This document shows, piece by piece, positions 23,601 through 35,000 of a stretch of 48,884 nt of DNA. Every line of letters starts with the position of its first letter. Within the stretch, counting starts at the first letter, position 1. Below the pieces are notes generated by a model that had not been told where the DNA came from, searched no databases, and worked only from the letters and a program-made list of their open reading frames with translations. A program made the position numbers and the translations under genes. The stretch covers positions 1-48,884 of the forward strand of contig JYFJ02002919.1 of assembly GCA_000934665.2 (NCBI GenBank). Reading direction: 5' to 3'. The stretch is from Catajapyx aquilonaris. Lineage: Eukaryota.

Positions 23601-26600
23601 ACCGTGGAGGAGCTGTTCGTCCACCAGAAGATTCAGGTATGTATGACAATGCACCAGATGCGTCCGAGGGGCTAACCGGACTTTCCTTGTAGATTCTGGT
23701 GGCGACGGCGACGCTTGCTTGGGGCGTTAATTTCCCGGCTCATTTGGTCGTGATCAAAGGGACGGAGTATTACGACGGGAAGACACGTCGGTATGTGGAC
23801 ATGCCCATAACGGACGTCCTGCAGATGATGGGGCGAGCTGGACGTCCGCAGTTTGACGACCGGGGCGTCGCATGCGTCTTGGTTCAGGAAGGGAAGAAGA
23901 ACTTCTACAAGAAGTTTCTGTACGATCCGTTCCCCGTCGAGTCCTCGCTTCTGGAGGTCCTTCCGGATCATATCAACGCGGAGGTGGTCGCGGGAACCAT
24001 CAAGAGCAAGCAGGACGTGTTGGACTACCTCACTTGGACATACTTCTTCCGACGCCTGGTCCAAAACCCATCGTTTTATCACTTGGAGACACTCGATCCG
24101 GACCATCTCAACAAGTATCTCTCGGGTTTGGCCGAGCGGGCCATGCAGACGCTACAGTTCGCCGGATGCGTCGAAATCGACAGCGTAAGTTGCCTCGGTT
24201 ACAAATGTTTACTTTAATTGTTACCCATTTACGGTTCAACTCGACTGGTAAGTACATAACATGCTGATTTCCGAGGTACAAATGCGTTTAATTGTGTTTC
24301 ATTTGAAGCGAGGGCAGCCGCAATGTGGAAATATTTGATGGACCGAAAGAGGCGACATGTTCTTCGCGGGTACTGTTCGCTTTGCGAGCCGCAGAGTGAC
24401 ATTCATCGGCAAGAGCAAGTGATGCTGCTGGAATCGTATCGGCTGAAGTGCGACAACTGGAAGGTGATGACTGTGGATCGGACGAGAGATGCGCAGCTTG
24501 CGTTGTTGGACGGACGACGAAAGTTCAACTTGGATCCCGAGAGCGGCGTTCGGTATCTCGTTGAACGTGGGATCGTTCAATTGAAGCCGGACGCAATCGC
24601 ACAGTTTTTGTACGGAGGGGAACGTCTAAGTAAGGTTGCGATTGGCAACTATTTGGGCGACCATCACGAGTTCAACACAATGGTTCTGGCCGCATTTTTG
24701 GAGCTGTACGACTTGTCCGGATTGGTATTGATGGAAGCGCTCCGACAGTTTTTCTGGAAGTTTGTCCTTCCCGGCGAAGCGCAGCAGGTGTCCCGCATAC
24801 TCGAGTGTTTCTCGCAGCGTTACTGTCGGCTCAACTCGGCCGTGTTTGCCAATACTGACGCCTGCTTTCAGCTATCCTTCTCCATCATAATGCTGAACAC
24901 AATTTTGCACAACCCGAACGTTAAGGACACGATGACTGTCCATCAGTTTGTGACGATGAACCGAGGCGGAAATGACGGACAGAACTTTCCCGAGGAGCTT
25001 CTCATCAGCATTTACCATGACATCCTGCAGGAACCGTTTGCGTCTCCGGAAGAAATGGGCCCGTTTGTCAATCCGGAGAAGGAAGGCTGGCTGTGGAAAC
25101 GAGGACGGTTGTGCAAAGGGAAACGGCGATGGTTCGCATTGAACGACGGCTGTCTCTACTATTTTAAGAGTGCGTTTCAGAAGAAACCGGCCGGATTTAT
25201 CCCGCTGCAGAACGTCCGAGTTCAGCACTGCCGGAAGCCGCATCATTTTCAGCTCCGTCCGCTCGGTTCTGAACGTCTGAAGTGCTGCAAAGCGAAGGAG
25301 AACGGCACTGTCATAGTCCGATATCAATCGGCGTACCGGATGTCGGCTGTCGATTGCGAGGAAAAGGACGAGTGGATGAATTGCATCAGGGAAAGTCTCC
25401 GCAGCAGTTCGTCGTTCGATAACGACTGTTTTGAAGAGGAATTATATTAGCGTTTTATTCGACTTGCTATGTATTTTTGAGTCACATTACACATGTTTAT
25501 TGTACCTGTTCATTGCTGTTTTCATAACGTGAACATCGTATTCGTAAGGTTGTGTGTGAGCGATTCCCTCAGTGTCGATAAATTATGCACTGGTTTTTCC
25601 AGGACAACCGTGGATTGATGTCGACGCCACTTGGTCGCATCGCATCATACTACTACCTTTCCCATGAGACGATGCAGCTGTTTAGAGACAAAATGGGTTC
25701 GGATCTGCCTCTTGAGGATATCCTGGACATCATGACCAACGTGAAGGAGTACGAAGAGATTCCTGTGCGTCACAACGAGGATATCATGAATGGGTACGTT
25801 GCGGTCCGTACTGATCATGTGCGGTTCTTACGCATTCATTACTTCCGCAGGGATCTAGCGAAGAGCTGTCCAGTGGAGGTTAATCCGTACACGATGAACT
25901 CCCCGCATACGAAGGCGCACCTTTTGTTCCAATCCCATTTCTCCCGATTGGATCTTCCCTGTTCGGACTACTTCACGGACCTCAAGTCCATTTTGGATCA
26001 GGCCATCCGAATAGTACAGGCCATGATTGACGTCTGCGCCGACCGAGGTTGGCTTCAGACGACCCTCCGCCTTCAGCAGCTCATGCAGATGATAGTGCAA
26101 GGTCGGTGGGTGTCCGACCCTCCGATTCTGACCCTCCCGCACTTGGAGAGGCATCACCTGCACTGCTTCCAGTCTTCCGTACGAGGAATGCGGCCGCTCA
26201 GCCACCTTCCGCAGCTTGTGGCGGCATGTTCGCGGGACCGAGGCCAGTCGCATTTCCTGCAGGACATGCTGCAGGATGAGCTGGAGCCGACGGAGATTGA
26301 AGAGGCAAGTTGGACAATGCTGGTTCGATTTGTGTTTGAATGTTTTTCATCCGCAGATTCGTAATGTGTTGAGCGAAATGCCGCAAGTTAATCTGAGTGT
26401 GAGCGTGCGTGGCTGGTGGGACGTCCGTGGCGAGGAGGTCCGTCCGCTCCAGTTGAAGCTTCCGCCGGGTGTCCCCAGTATGTGGTACCCTATCCACTGC
26501 GGACAGGAGTACACATTGGTTGTTGAGATGCAGCGGCTTGTCGGATGGAAAGGAAGGAGCAGGGAAAGATTCAAGAAGGTGCACGCCCCGCATTTCCCGA

Positions 26601-26988
26601 AACCAAAAGACGAAGGGTGGTTCCTGGTGCTGGGAACCACCGAGGATCGCGACCTCGTTGCGCTGAAGAGGGTCAGCACAGGGAAATCGCCAAGGAACAC
26701 ACACTACATCAGTCTGCGGACACCGGATAGGACAGGTACGTATCGCGTATGTTTGTATCCGCAGCGTTAATTACGTTTAATTGTCCTGCAGGTCGTATTA
26801 TCTACACGCTGTACGTCATGTCCGACTCGTACTTGGGGCTGGACCAACAGTACAGCCTGAAGTTTGAGCTGCTGCCTGCTTCGGCAAAGGCCATGCCCAA
26901 CTTGGACGCTATCGAGATGGACAACGTGGCCTTGGAGGAAGACTGGGACGCATCTCCGACCAAGAAGGACGTGGATTCCGTCTGGTGA
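17694..26988 (+). CDS. ASCC3: Activating signal cointegrator 1 complex subunit 3, tandem Ski2-like helicase with Sec63 domains; ~25 coding exons
   Basis: N-terminal [11 protein letters not shown]. Cassette 1 has [21 protein letters not shown]; cassette 2 has [30 protein letters not shown]-terminal [10 protein letters not shown] and [12 protein letters not shown]. Introns are ~50-60 nt except 24185-25602. Confidence 0.95.
24323..25450 (+). CDS. Divergent cytohesin-family ARF-GEF (Sec7 + PH), single coding exon, nested in an ASCC3 intron
   Basis: Uninterrupted 375-aa ORF. Sec7: GRRKFNLDP...[11 protein letters not shown]...[22 protein letters not shown]...[27 protein letters not shown]...KRRWFAL...LYYF...GFIPLQNV. 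Confidence 0.92.
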   Translation: MWKYLMDRKRRHVLRGYCSLCEPQSDIHRQEQVMLLESYRLKCDNWKVMTVDRTRDAQLALLDGRRKFNLDPESGVRYLVERGIVQLKPDAIAQFLYGGERLSKVAIGNYLGDHHEFNTMVLAAFLELYDLSGLVLMEALRQFFWKFVLPGEAQQVSRILECFSQRYCRLNSAVFANTDACFQLSFSIIMLNTILHNPNVKDTMTVHQFVTMNRGGNDGQNFPEELLISIYHDILQEPFASPEEMGPFVNPEKEGWLWKRGRLCKGKRRWFALNDGCLYYFKSAFQKKPAGFIPLQNVRVQHCRKPHHFQLRPLGSERLKCCKAKENGTVIVRYQSAYRMSAVDCEEKDEWMNCIRESLRSSSSFDNDCFEEELY

Positions 26989-27339
26989 AACAAAATGGCC
27001 GCAAATTGTTCCTAGCGACTGACGATGCGACAATTACTGTGATATTCGGACATGCAATTTTGCAATCTTTTTTTCCCCCCTTATTATTACATACTGGACA
27101 TGTTGCAAGTTCTGTTCCAACTAATTATATGCGGATAAAACTTTTTTTTGTCAACAAGTAGTGCGAGTTTTTAATATCTTCGTATACCGACACCCATTAG
27201 CTCATTTGGGCAATCAGTCAATCAGTCTACATACCAATGACCAAGTACTTGTCATTGAAAAGAAAACAAATTATTATGACATGCATTTTTTTTCCAGAAA
27301 AAAAAAATTTGCGCGCTTTAATTCGAACGTCCTTAACTG

Positions 27340-27925
27340 CTATTTATAGCCACTTATTCTAAATAACGGCTATAGCCGTGATTTCATGTTGGATGATTAT
27401 TTCGTTGCTGCTGTGCTTCTTTCTGCCCTGGAATCGCCAATTGAGATATAGCCGTTCTAAGTAACGGCTATAGCCGTGATTTTAGCTTGGCTGCTTATTT
27501 CGTAGCTGCTGTGCTGCATTCTGCCCCAGAATCGCCAATTGAAATATAACCGTTCTAAGTAACGGCTATAGCTGTTATTTAGGCTGGCTGCTTATTTCGT
27601 AGACGCTGTGCTTCATTGTGCCCCCGAATCGCCAATTGAGATGTAGCCGTTTTAAGTAACGGTTATAGCTGTTATTTTAGACTGGCTGCTTATTTTGCAG
27701 CTGCTGTGCTTCATTCTGCCCCGGAATCGCCAATTGAGAAGTAGCCGTTCTAAATAACGGCTATAGCCGTGATTTCCTGTTGGTTGCTTATTCTGTAGCG
27801 GCTGTGCTTTATTCTGCCCCTGAATCGCCAATTGAGATATAGCCATTCTTAGTAACGGCTATAGCCGTGATTATTAGGCTGGCTGCTTATTTCGTAGCTG
27901 CTGTGCTTCATTCTGCCCTGGATCC
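27340..27925. repeat. ~102-bp tandem repeat, ~5.5 copies, directly upstream of TRAPPC5
   Basis: GCCGTTCTAAGTAACGGCTATAGCCGTGATTT...GCTGTGCTTCATTCTGCCC...GAATCGCCAATTGAGATATA is repeated. Confidence 0.92.
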
Positions 27926-28012
27926 GCCTTTCTTTTTTTTGTGTTCGATTTGCGTTCGATTTTTTTTTCTTCTCTCGGCGTTGTACCGGCGAGGGCGGTA
28001 CCGGACTGCGGT

Positions 28013-28843
28013 ATGTCTGGTCAGGGGATCACCATTTCGGCCGTGCGACCCAAGACGTCGATCCTGGACAAGAGTTTGAGCAAAGGGAAAGGGGAGGTCA
28101 GCCTGAGCGTGTTTGCCCTCCTGTTCTCAGAGGCAGTACAGTACTGTCAGAACAGGTAACTACTTCACATCTTGTTGCGGGTGTTACGTTACCCAAATAA
28201 TGCCCCCTCCATTCATTGCAGGGTGTACACTGTTCCGGAGCTGCAGACGAAGCTGTCGGAGATGGGCCAGCACGTCGGGGTGAGGGTCGTCGACCTGTTG
28301 TTCGTCCGGGAGAGGAACTACAAGAGGGAGGTTAAGCTCCTGCAGATCCTCCAGTTCATCAAGACCACCCTTTGGAAGGTCTGATTTTGATCCGCACGTA
28401 TTAAAAGTACGCGACTAATTACGTTACGTTTCCAGACCCTCTTTGGCAAGGAGGCGGATAAGCTGGAGTACGTGAATGACGATCAGCGCACGTACTACAT
28501 CATAGAGAAGGAGCCTCTGGTCAACTGGTTCATATCCGTACCGAAGGACAAAGGGAGTCTCAACTGCGGTGCATTTGTGGCCGGAATCATCGAAGCTGTT
28601 CTCACCACATGCAATTTTGTGAGTCACGTTCGGTTGACAAGACGAAACACTTTTTGCTCAGAATCTGTTATGCAGCTTCCAATTTGCATATTTCGGTATA
28701 ACGCGAATATGGAAACTGATGACATTAATTTCATTGCTTTGCAGCCTGCCAAAGTGAGTGCTCATTGGCACAAAGGTACGACTTACATGATCAAGTTTGA
28801 TGATTCTGTGATCGCTCGGGACAAACAGCTGGAAGATCGTTAG
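28013..28843 (+). CDS. TRAPPC5: Trafficking protein particle complex subunit 5 (Trs31); exons 28013-28155, 28222-28378, 28436-28618, 28745-28843
   Basis: SILDKSLSKGKGEVSLSVFALLFSEAVQYCQNR...YIIEKEPLVNWFISVPKDKGSLNCGAFVAGIIEAVL...AHWHKGTTYMIKFD. Confidence 0.95.
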
Positions 28844-29026
28844 GACATATGATGCATTTATTTATTTGTATATGAAGCATTAAAATAATAAATAAGGTGC
28901 TAATGGTCTCGCCTTACATCCCAATCTGTGAATGTTTCATAGTGTACATGTATAGTCATCAAAACACAAGAACGGAAAAAAAATTTAATATAAATACAAC
29001 ATAATTGCTACTGTCATTATCTTTTA

Positions 29027-32000
29027 TCATGCGCAGTTCCGAGGATCTCTGTTTCCTCCCTGTGGATCTTGTAAATCGATCCTCTGGAAGACTGGGCACT
29101 GGCCCCACGTTCCGTTCCTGCGGAATTCCATGCACTCCCTCATTTCTGAGGCTGTGACTTCGAAACTTGCATTGCCGTAGGAACTGATCTTGAATACCGA
29201 TACCCTATCCGTAATGTTTGGTGTGGGTAGCTCATACGCTTTGGCCTCGTAGCGCAAAATTAGAGAGTCGTCGACGCCGAGGTAAATGTCACCAGTGTAC
29301 ACTTCCCTGTGAAAATTATTGGCTCGTGTCAAGTTGGTTGCCATTTCAGAAAGAGTGCGGCAGACTCACCGGGTGTTTTCCATGGGATACCTGAAGCCTC
29401 CGTTGGCCGCATACAAGCAAGCGTATTCCGGCACGCCCGTGAACGACTGGAGGCTGATCCGGATGGTCCGCTTGGATAGATTAATTGCGAATATGAAGCT
29501 TTCCAATCCGGGAAGGGATCTGCGGAGGGTAACACTAGTAGCAATCTGTCCCGTATGTACTGTACGGGGGACGTACCTGGCAATAGCAAGTGCGCCGTGC
29601 CCCTGAACCGTCTGAATTTCCAAGTTTCCGTCCCTGATTGTGGTGTGGTTTCTCAGACCCAGAAGCCTGTGATACAGATATAGTTGTCTGGCTTGCTCGT
29701 CCATGTCCCGACTGATTTTGTAGTCACACATGTCCTTAGCCAATGGCAAGTTGTCGCCTTTAACTGTCAACTGTTACACTCTCTGCATTTCATAACGCTA
29801 ATAATCTTGGTACGTACTTAATAAAGAGGAATGAGTCCAATGCACCTCGGAATTGTAGTAATCAAGTGACATGCCGCTGTGTTCGGCGCTTCTTGCGTCA
29901 TCTGCGTCAACTACACGCGGCTTGGGGTCATCGTCAGTGTGAATGGTTTCGTCGCCTGCTATTGCCATGACCGTGCCTGGCAGCATGAACATGAGGGACT
30001 TGATCCCGTCGTTTAGCTTCCCATGTATCCTCGAACCCAACGCAGGATGGGCATGATGTGACAACTAGTTGTAGTAAAAGAAATGTTTTTTAAATAAATA
30101 CCACAGCGCAATGTATTGGATGCGTACAACAAAATGTACAATCTGTCACAAAAAAAGTTTTGGTCACTTTGGCCCAAGTTTTCCGTTTCATTTTCGGCCT
30201 AAACTTTTTGTGACAAATAGTACCGTACTGTTATTAATGAGCAATTTGCATACCGGCCAATTGAGCCAAGAGTCGCTGGGAATCTCCCGGAAATAAGAAG
30301 TGATATTATACATGAGCTCTATGGAACTGTAGGATTCCAGAGAAGCCAACGATTTCGAGTCCATGTCGAAGAAGAAGTTGTTGGGAACAATAGTGGTTGT
30401 GTTTGTCAACGCCGCTTGGTAGCTGCACACGGAGGAAAGGTCCCCGTCGCTGATATCGACAATCATAATCCTGTGGGGGAGGGAAAAAAAATTTGCCATT
30501 AATTGTTAACGAATTGTACTCTCATGATAGTTGAGTTTGAATCGACGGTACGCACTTTATCGCATCATGTGAATGTGTGAATATTATGATGATAATGTGT
30601 GAATATGACAGGGTATGATGACAATGTGCACTAACTTTTTATCTCCAGTTTTATTTTCAACCTCATCCAGGCACTTCCTGAACTCCTGCAGGACCCCCAC
30701 AACTTCCTCTTGATTGTATGTGTAATCATGAGCGAGGTACCGGTACTCCGTCGTTCGCACGTACTCCTCCTGGCCACCACCGTTTGGGCTTTCACTCCTC
30801 AGGTCCTCATCTTCGAAGAGGTACCCAGAGTGCAACACTCGGATCCCATCCACTCCTACCTCGCCGGTCCAGTACCTGATGATCTCCTGCAACGACATGA
30901 TGTCGGTGAGGTAGCCCGGACAAACTTCCTACTTGATTATGATATGTATGTGATGTGATGTGAAATGTTCTCACCTTCATCTCTTCTAGCACTGCCGGAT
31001 TCCGGTAGTTAAGGTCAGCTTCTGACCTGTCGAAAGCGTGGTAGTAGAACATGGCTCTCTGTTCGTTCCACTCCCATGCTGATCTGCCGTATCGACTCAA
31101 CTGTAAAGTGTTACAGCAGTATATTGTATAGCTTTTTTTTGGGGGGTGTGGCGATAGGAACCCTCTTTTCTTACCCAGTTGTTAGGAGGAATTGGGGTAG
31201 CGTCTGGGTGTGTGCTGTTGTAGTTGCTCCATACGTAAAAGTCCTTGTATTTTTCTTCACCTTTCACGGAGCTAATAAACCATTTGTGCTGGACACTCGT
31301 GTGATTCGGTATGAAGTCGATTATCAGCCTTGTACCTGAGGAATGCCGATGTAATGCCGTAAAATTAATTGCATGTTTTTTTTATATAAATTAAAAATTA
31401 AATACTGTACCTCGACTTCTCAAGTAGTTAACCAAACGCTTCATGTCTCCAAATGCAGGGTTGACAATCCTGAAGTCCTGAACGTCATATCTGTGGTCTC
31501 TATTGGGCGACTTGAATATCGGACCCAGCAAGAGTGTTCTAACTCCAATGCTTTCCAAGTACGCCAGTTTTTCCTGAATCCCTGCAATGGGTATTTTGTA
31601 TACCACAAGATGAAAGCGTATAGTAATAGCATGCAAGTACTAATACATCGCACTATATTCATACAGTGCAACAATCTTTTTGGGTGTTATAGCACACATG
31701 ATCACTCACCTTCTTCTGAATCTTTCCAGTCCTTCTCAGCGTCCAACAGTGAATGCGGATATATCTCGTATATGACCTGCATTCGCCACCAATCTTCATC
31801 CGGTTGACAGTTAGGCTCGGTCATCGCTCCGTACCAAAACCGCAGACCGTGGTTCGTGCGAGGAGGACCAGCCGGTATCATAACCAAGAAGAGTAGCATC
31901 AGAACGTTGGCGAGAATGAGCAGGATTATGTATATGCAGCAACAGTATATGATGCACGGTCTCTCTCTGTGCACCAGAAGCAGTGCTGCACCAGGATGAA

Positions 32001-35000
32001 CTCTACGTGGTGCATCCGTGGCAGCATCCGACGTCTGGACCGTCTTCGGTGAAGACGACAACTCGGTTTCTTTGGTGCCCCAAGTGTCTTCGAACTGGAT
32101 GTGTTTTGAGAGAGTGTCGAGACGCTTCACTAGGTCATCACTACTTATGATCTCACTCTCTGTCGTGATTGGGGTTGTAGTTGAGAGTAGCCGTCTGCTC
32201 CTCAGTTCCACCATGTTTTCCTTTTGAAATTGGGAGTGAGGAGACTCGAGATTGACGATCAGTGTCATAGGCACGGGGATTTTCTCGTTGTACTCAATTT
32301 CCTGTGGAAAATACATTGAAGGATTTGACAGTGCACCACACCTTAGAGATTTGAAAATGCTCACCCAATTGGATGAGGCTACCGGCTGCTGTGCTCTTCT
32401 TATCTCCAGTGTAGCCATTCCTGACGCCGAATCCTCCTGTTCAGACGACTCCTCCGATAAAGTGCTCATCAAATCCGGCGTCTGTTCATTGAAGACACCT
32501 CGTGATGCTGTGACCCTTTCGATGACAGGCTCGTTCACAGGATAATCAGATTCAAACTTGTTGGAATCGAGCTGAGCATTATCCTGCTCCACGTCTGGTT
32601 CCGTAAGGTGTGAGGTGCTGTCAGCCTCCTGATCGCTGCTGTACACAGGTACTGCAGCCATCCTCTTCATCAATCCCTCATCGTCGTCATACAATCCAAA
32701 ACGAAAGCCCAGTTCAGGAGGTGTCTGCTCCTCATCGGAGGGTGGCTGGTCATCAATGACCTCTGTGGTACTTTCACCCGGAGGTGTCGGGAGTGAACCT
32801 GGCGATGGCTCTTTAGGTAAGGAAGTCACCGAATATTCCAACACGGAAATGACTTGCTCTTCATCTACGGGAGTAGAAACTCCCGATGTGAAGTTGGTCG
32901 GGGAAGACTCGGCCTCACTTTGGTACGTGTTGGACTGTCCTTCAGACGAATAAGTCGCTGCCAGCACTTCTTGCAAAGTCTCTTCGATGGACTGCTGGAG
33001 AGTGGCCTCGCGAGAGTCAGTCTCTGATTGTTCTTTGAGAGTCTCAGGCCCTTCGCTTTCTGGGAGTTCTTCTGGCCCTTCTTGAGATGGATAAGCCTCT
33101 GTCTCTTCTTGAGGCGGATAACTCTCTGGCTCTTCTTGAGTTGGATAGGTCTCTGGCCCTTCTTCAGGTGGACAAATCTCGGGCCCTTCTTGAATTGAAT
33201 AAGTCTCGGGTTCTTCTTGAGTTGGATAAGTCTCTGTCACTTCTTGAAGTGGATAACTCTCTGGCTCTTCTTGAGTTGGATAAGTCTCTGTCACTTCTTG
33301 AAGTGGATAACTCTCTGGCTCTTCTTGAGTTGGATAGGTCTCTGTCACTTCTTGAAGTGGATAACTCTCTGGCTCTTCTTGAGTTGGATAAGTCTCTGGC
33401 CCTTCTTCAGGTGGACAAATCTCGGGCCCTTCTTGAATTGAATAAGTCTCGGGTTCTTCTTGAGTTGGATAAGTCTCTGTCACTTCTTGAAGTGGATAAC
33501 TCTCTGGCTCTTCTTGAGTTGGATAAGTCTCTGGCCCTTCTTCAGGTGGACAAATCTCGGGCCCTTCTTGAATTGAATAAGTCTCGGGCCCTTCTTGAGT
33601 TGGATAAGTCTCTGTCACTTCTTGAAGTGGATAACTCTCTGGCTCTTCTTGAGTTGGATAAGTCTCTGTCACTTCTTGAAATGGATAACTCTCTGGCTCT
33701 TCTTGAGTTGGATAAGTCTCTGGTCCTTCTTCAGGTGGACAAATCTCGGACCCTTCTTGAGTTGAATAAGTCTCGGGTTCTTCTTGAAGTGGATAGGTCT
33801 CTGGCTCTTCTTGAGGTGGGCAAATCTCGGACCCTTCTTGAGTTGAATAAGTCTCTGATTCTTCTGGAAGTGGATAACTTTCTGGCTCTTCTTGAGTTGG
33901 ATAAGTCTCCGTCACTTCTTGAAGTGGATAAGCCTCCGGCTCTTCTTGAGCTGTATGATCTTCTGCCCCTTCTTGATAGGAATAAGCATCTGTCACTTCT
34001 TGAAGTGGATACGCTTCTGTCTCCTCTTGAGGTGGATACATTTCTGTCTCCTCTTGAGATGGATACATTTCTGGCTCTTCTTCAGATGGATAAGTGTCAG
34101 GCTCTTCTTGATCCTTGAAAAGTGTTAGCTGCTCTTCAGGCAGTGATATCTCATCAGGCTCGTCTTGGACCTGGGACGTTTCTAGTTGCTCTTTAGACGA
34201 AAGTGTCTCAGGCTCTTGATTGTCCGGCTGTTCTCCAATCGACACTGTCTCGAACTCTTCTTTGGAATGGGATATCTCGGGTTCTACTTTAGTTGGAGAA
34301 GTAGTTGGCTGCTCTTCAGACGGAGACGGTTTGATCTCGGGCTCCTGGAAAGTCTCTGGTAGCTTTTGAGATGATAATTCTGCGGGATCTTCATGGGCAT
34401 AGGAAATCTCTGGATGCTCTTGAGACTGCGATATCTCTGGTGTTTCTATGGCCTGCGAAGATGTTGGGTACTCTGTAGATCGTAGCATTTCGGACTGTTC
34501 GTTTGACTGAAGAGACTCAGGCTCTACTATTGATAGAAATGAAGACTCCAGCTGTAGCTGGGACTGGGAAGTACCTTTCTCAGTTGAAGGATATTTAGCC
34601 ACTTGATATTTCGCGATGGGCGTTTCATTGATAGAAGTCACAGGTTGCTCCTGTGGCTGCTGCACTAAAGCTGCGTCCGATTCGCAGTGGCAAACAACTG
34701 CCGATGAATGCGGCACTCGAAAGATTCTATCTGTCACTGGAGGTACTTCTTCAGGTGTGTGGTATCCCAGAGTATTATTATCTCCTATGATATGCACTCT
34801 TTTTTTCTCTTTAGACGGGGTCACAGCTGGCTTTTCTATGGCCTGGGAAGTGGTGGGGTGTTCCTTAGGAGGATGTGTGAAGAGTTGATCTTCCATGGGA
34901 GAAGTAGCTGGTTTTTCGGTGTCTCGCCTAGGGAAAGCAGCTGGCTTTTCTATGGCCTGGGAAGTGGTGGGCTGTTCCTTAGGAGGATGTGTGAAGAGTT

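Noticed and set aside
24184..24323. In-frame ASCC3-cytohesin fusion by alternative splicing
   Set aside because: Joining the phase-0 ASCC3 donor to the acceptors at 24308 or 24317 is out of frame with the cytohesin ORF and hits a stop within ~10 codons.
17694..26988. Brr2/SNRNP200 assignment
   Set aside because: The PRL..ALR N-terminus and an intact second cassette ([19 protein letters not shown]) fit ASCC3.
27340..27925. CRISPR-like array with palindromic repeats
   Set aside because: Whole ~102-bp units are homologous with no unique spacers, no cas genes are present, and the context is eukaryotic.
33087..34118. 343-aa Leu-rich ORF resembling an LRR protein on the plus strand
   Set aside because: It is the antisense shadow of the Glu-rich 27-bp coding repeat in the SLC3-like gene.
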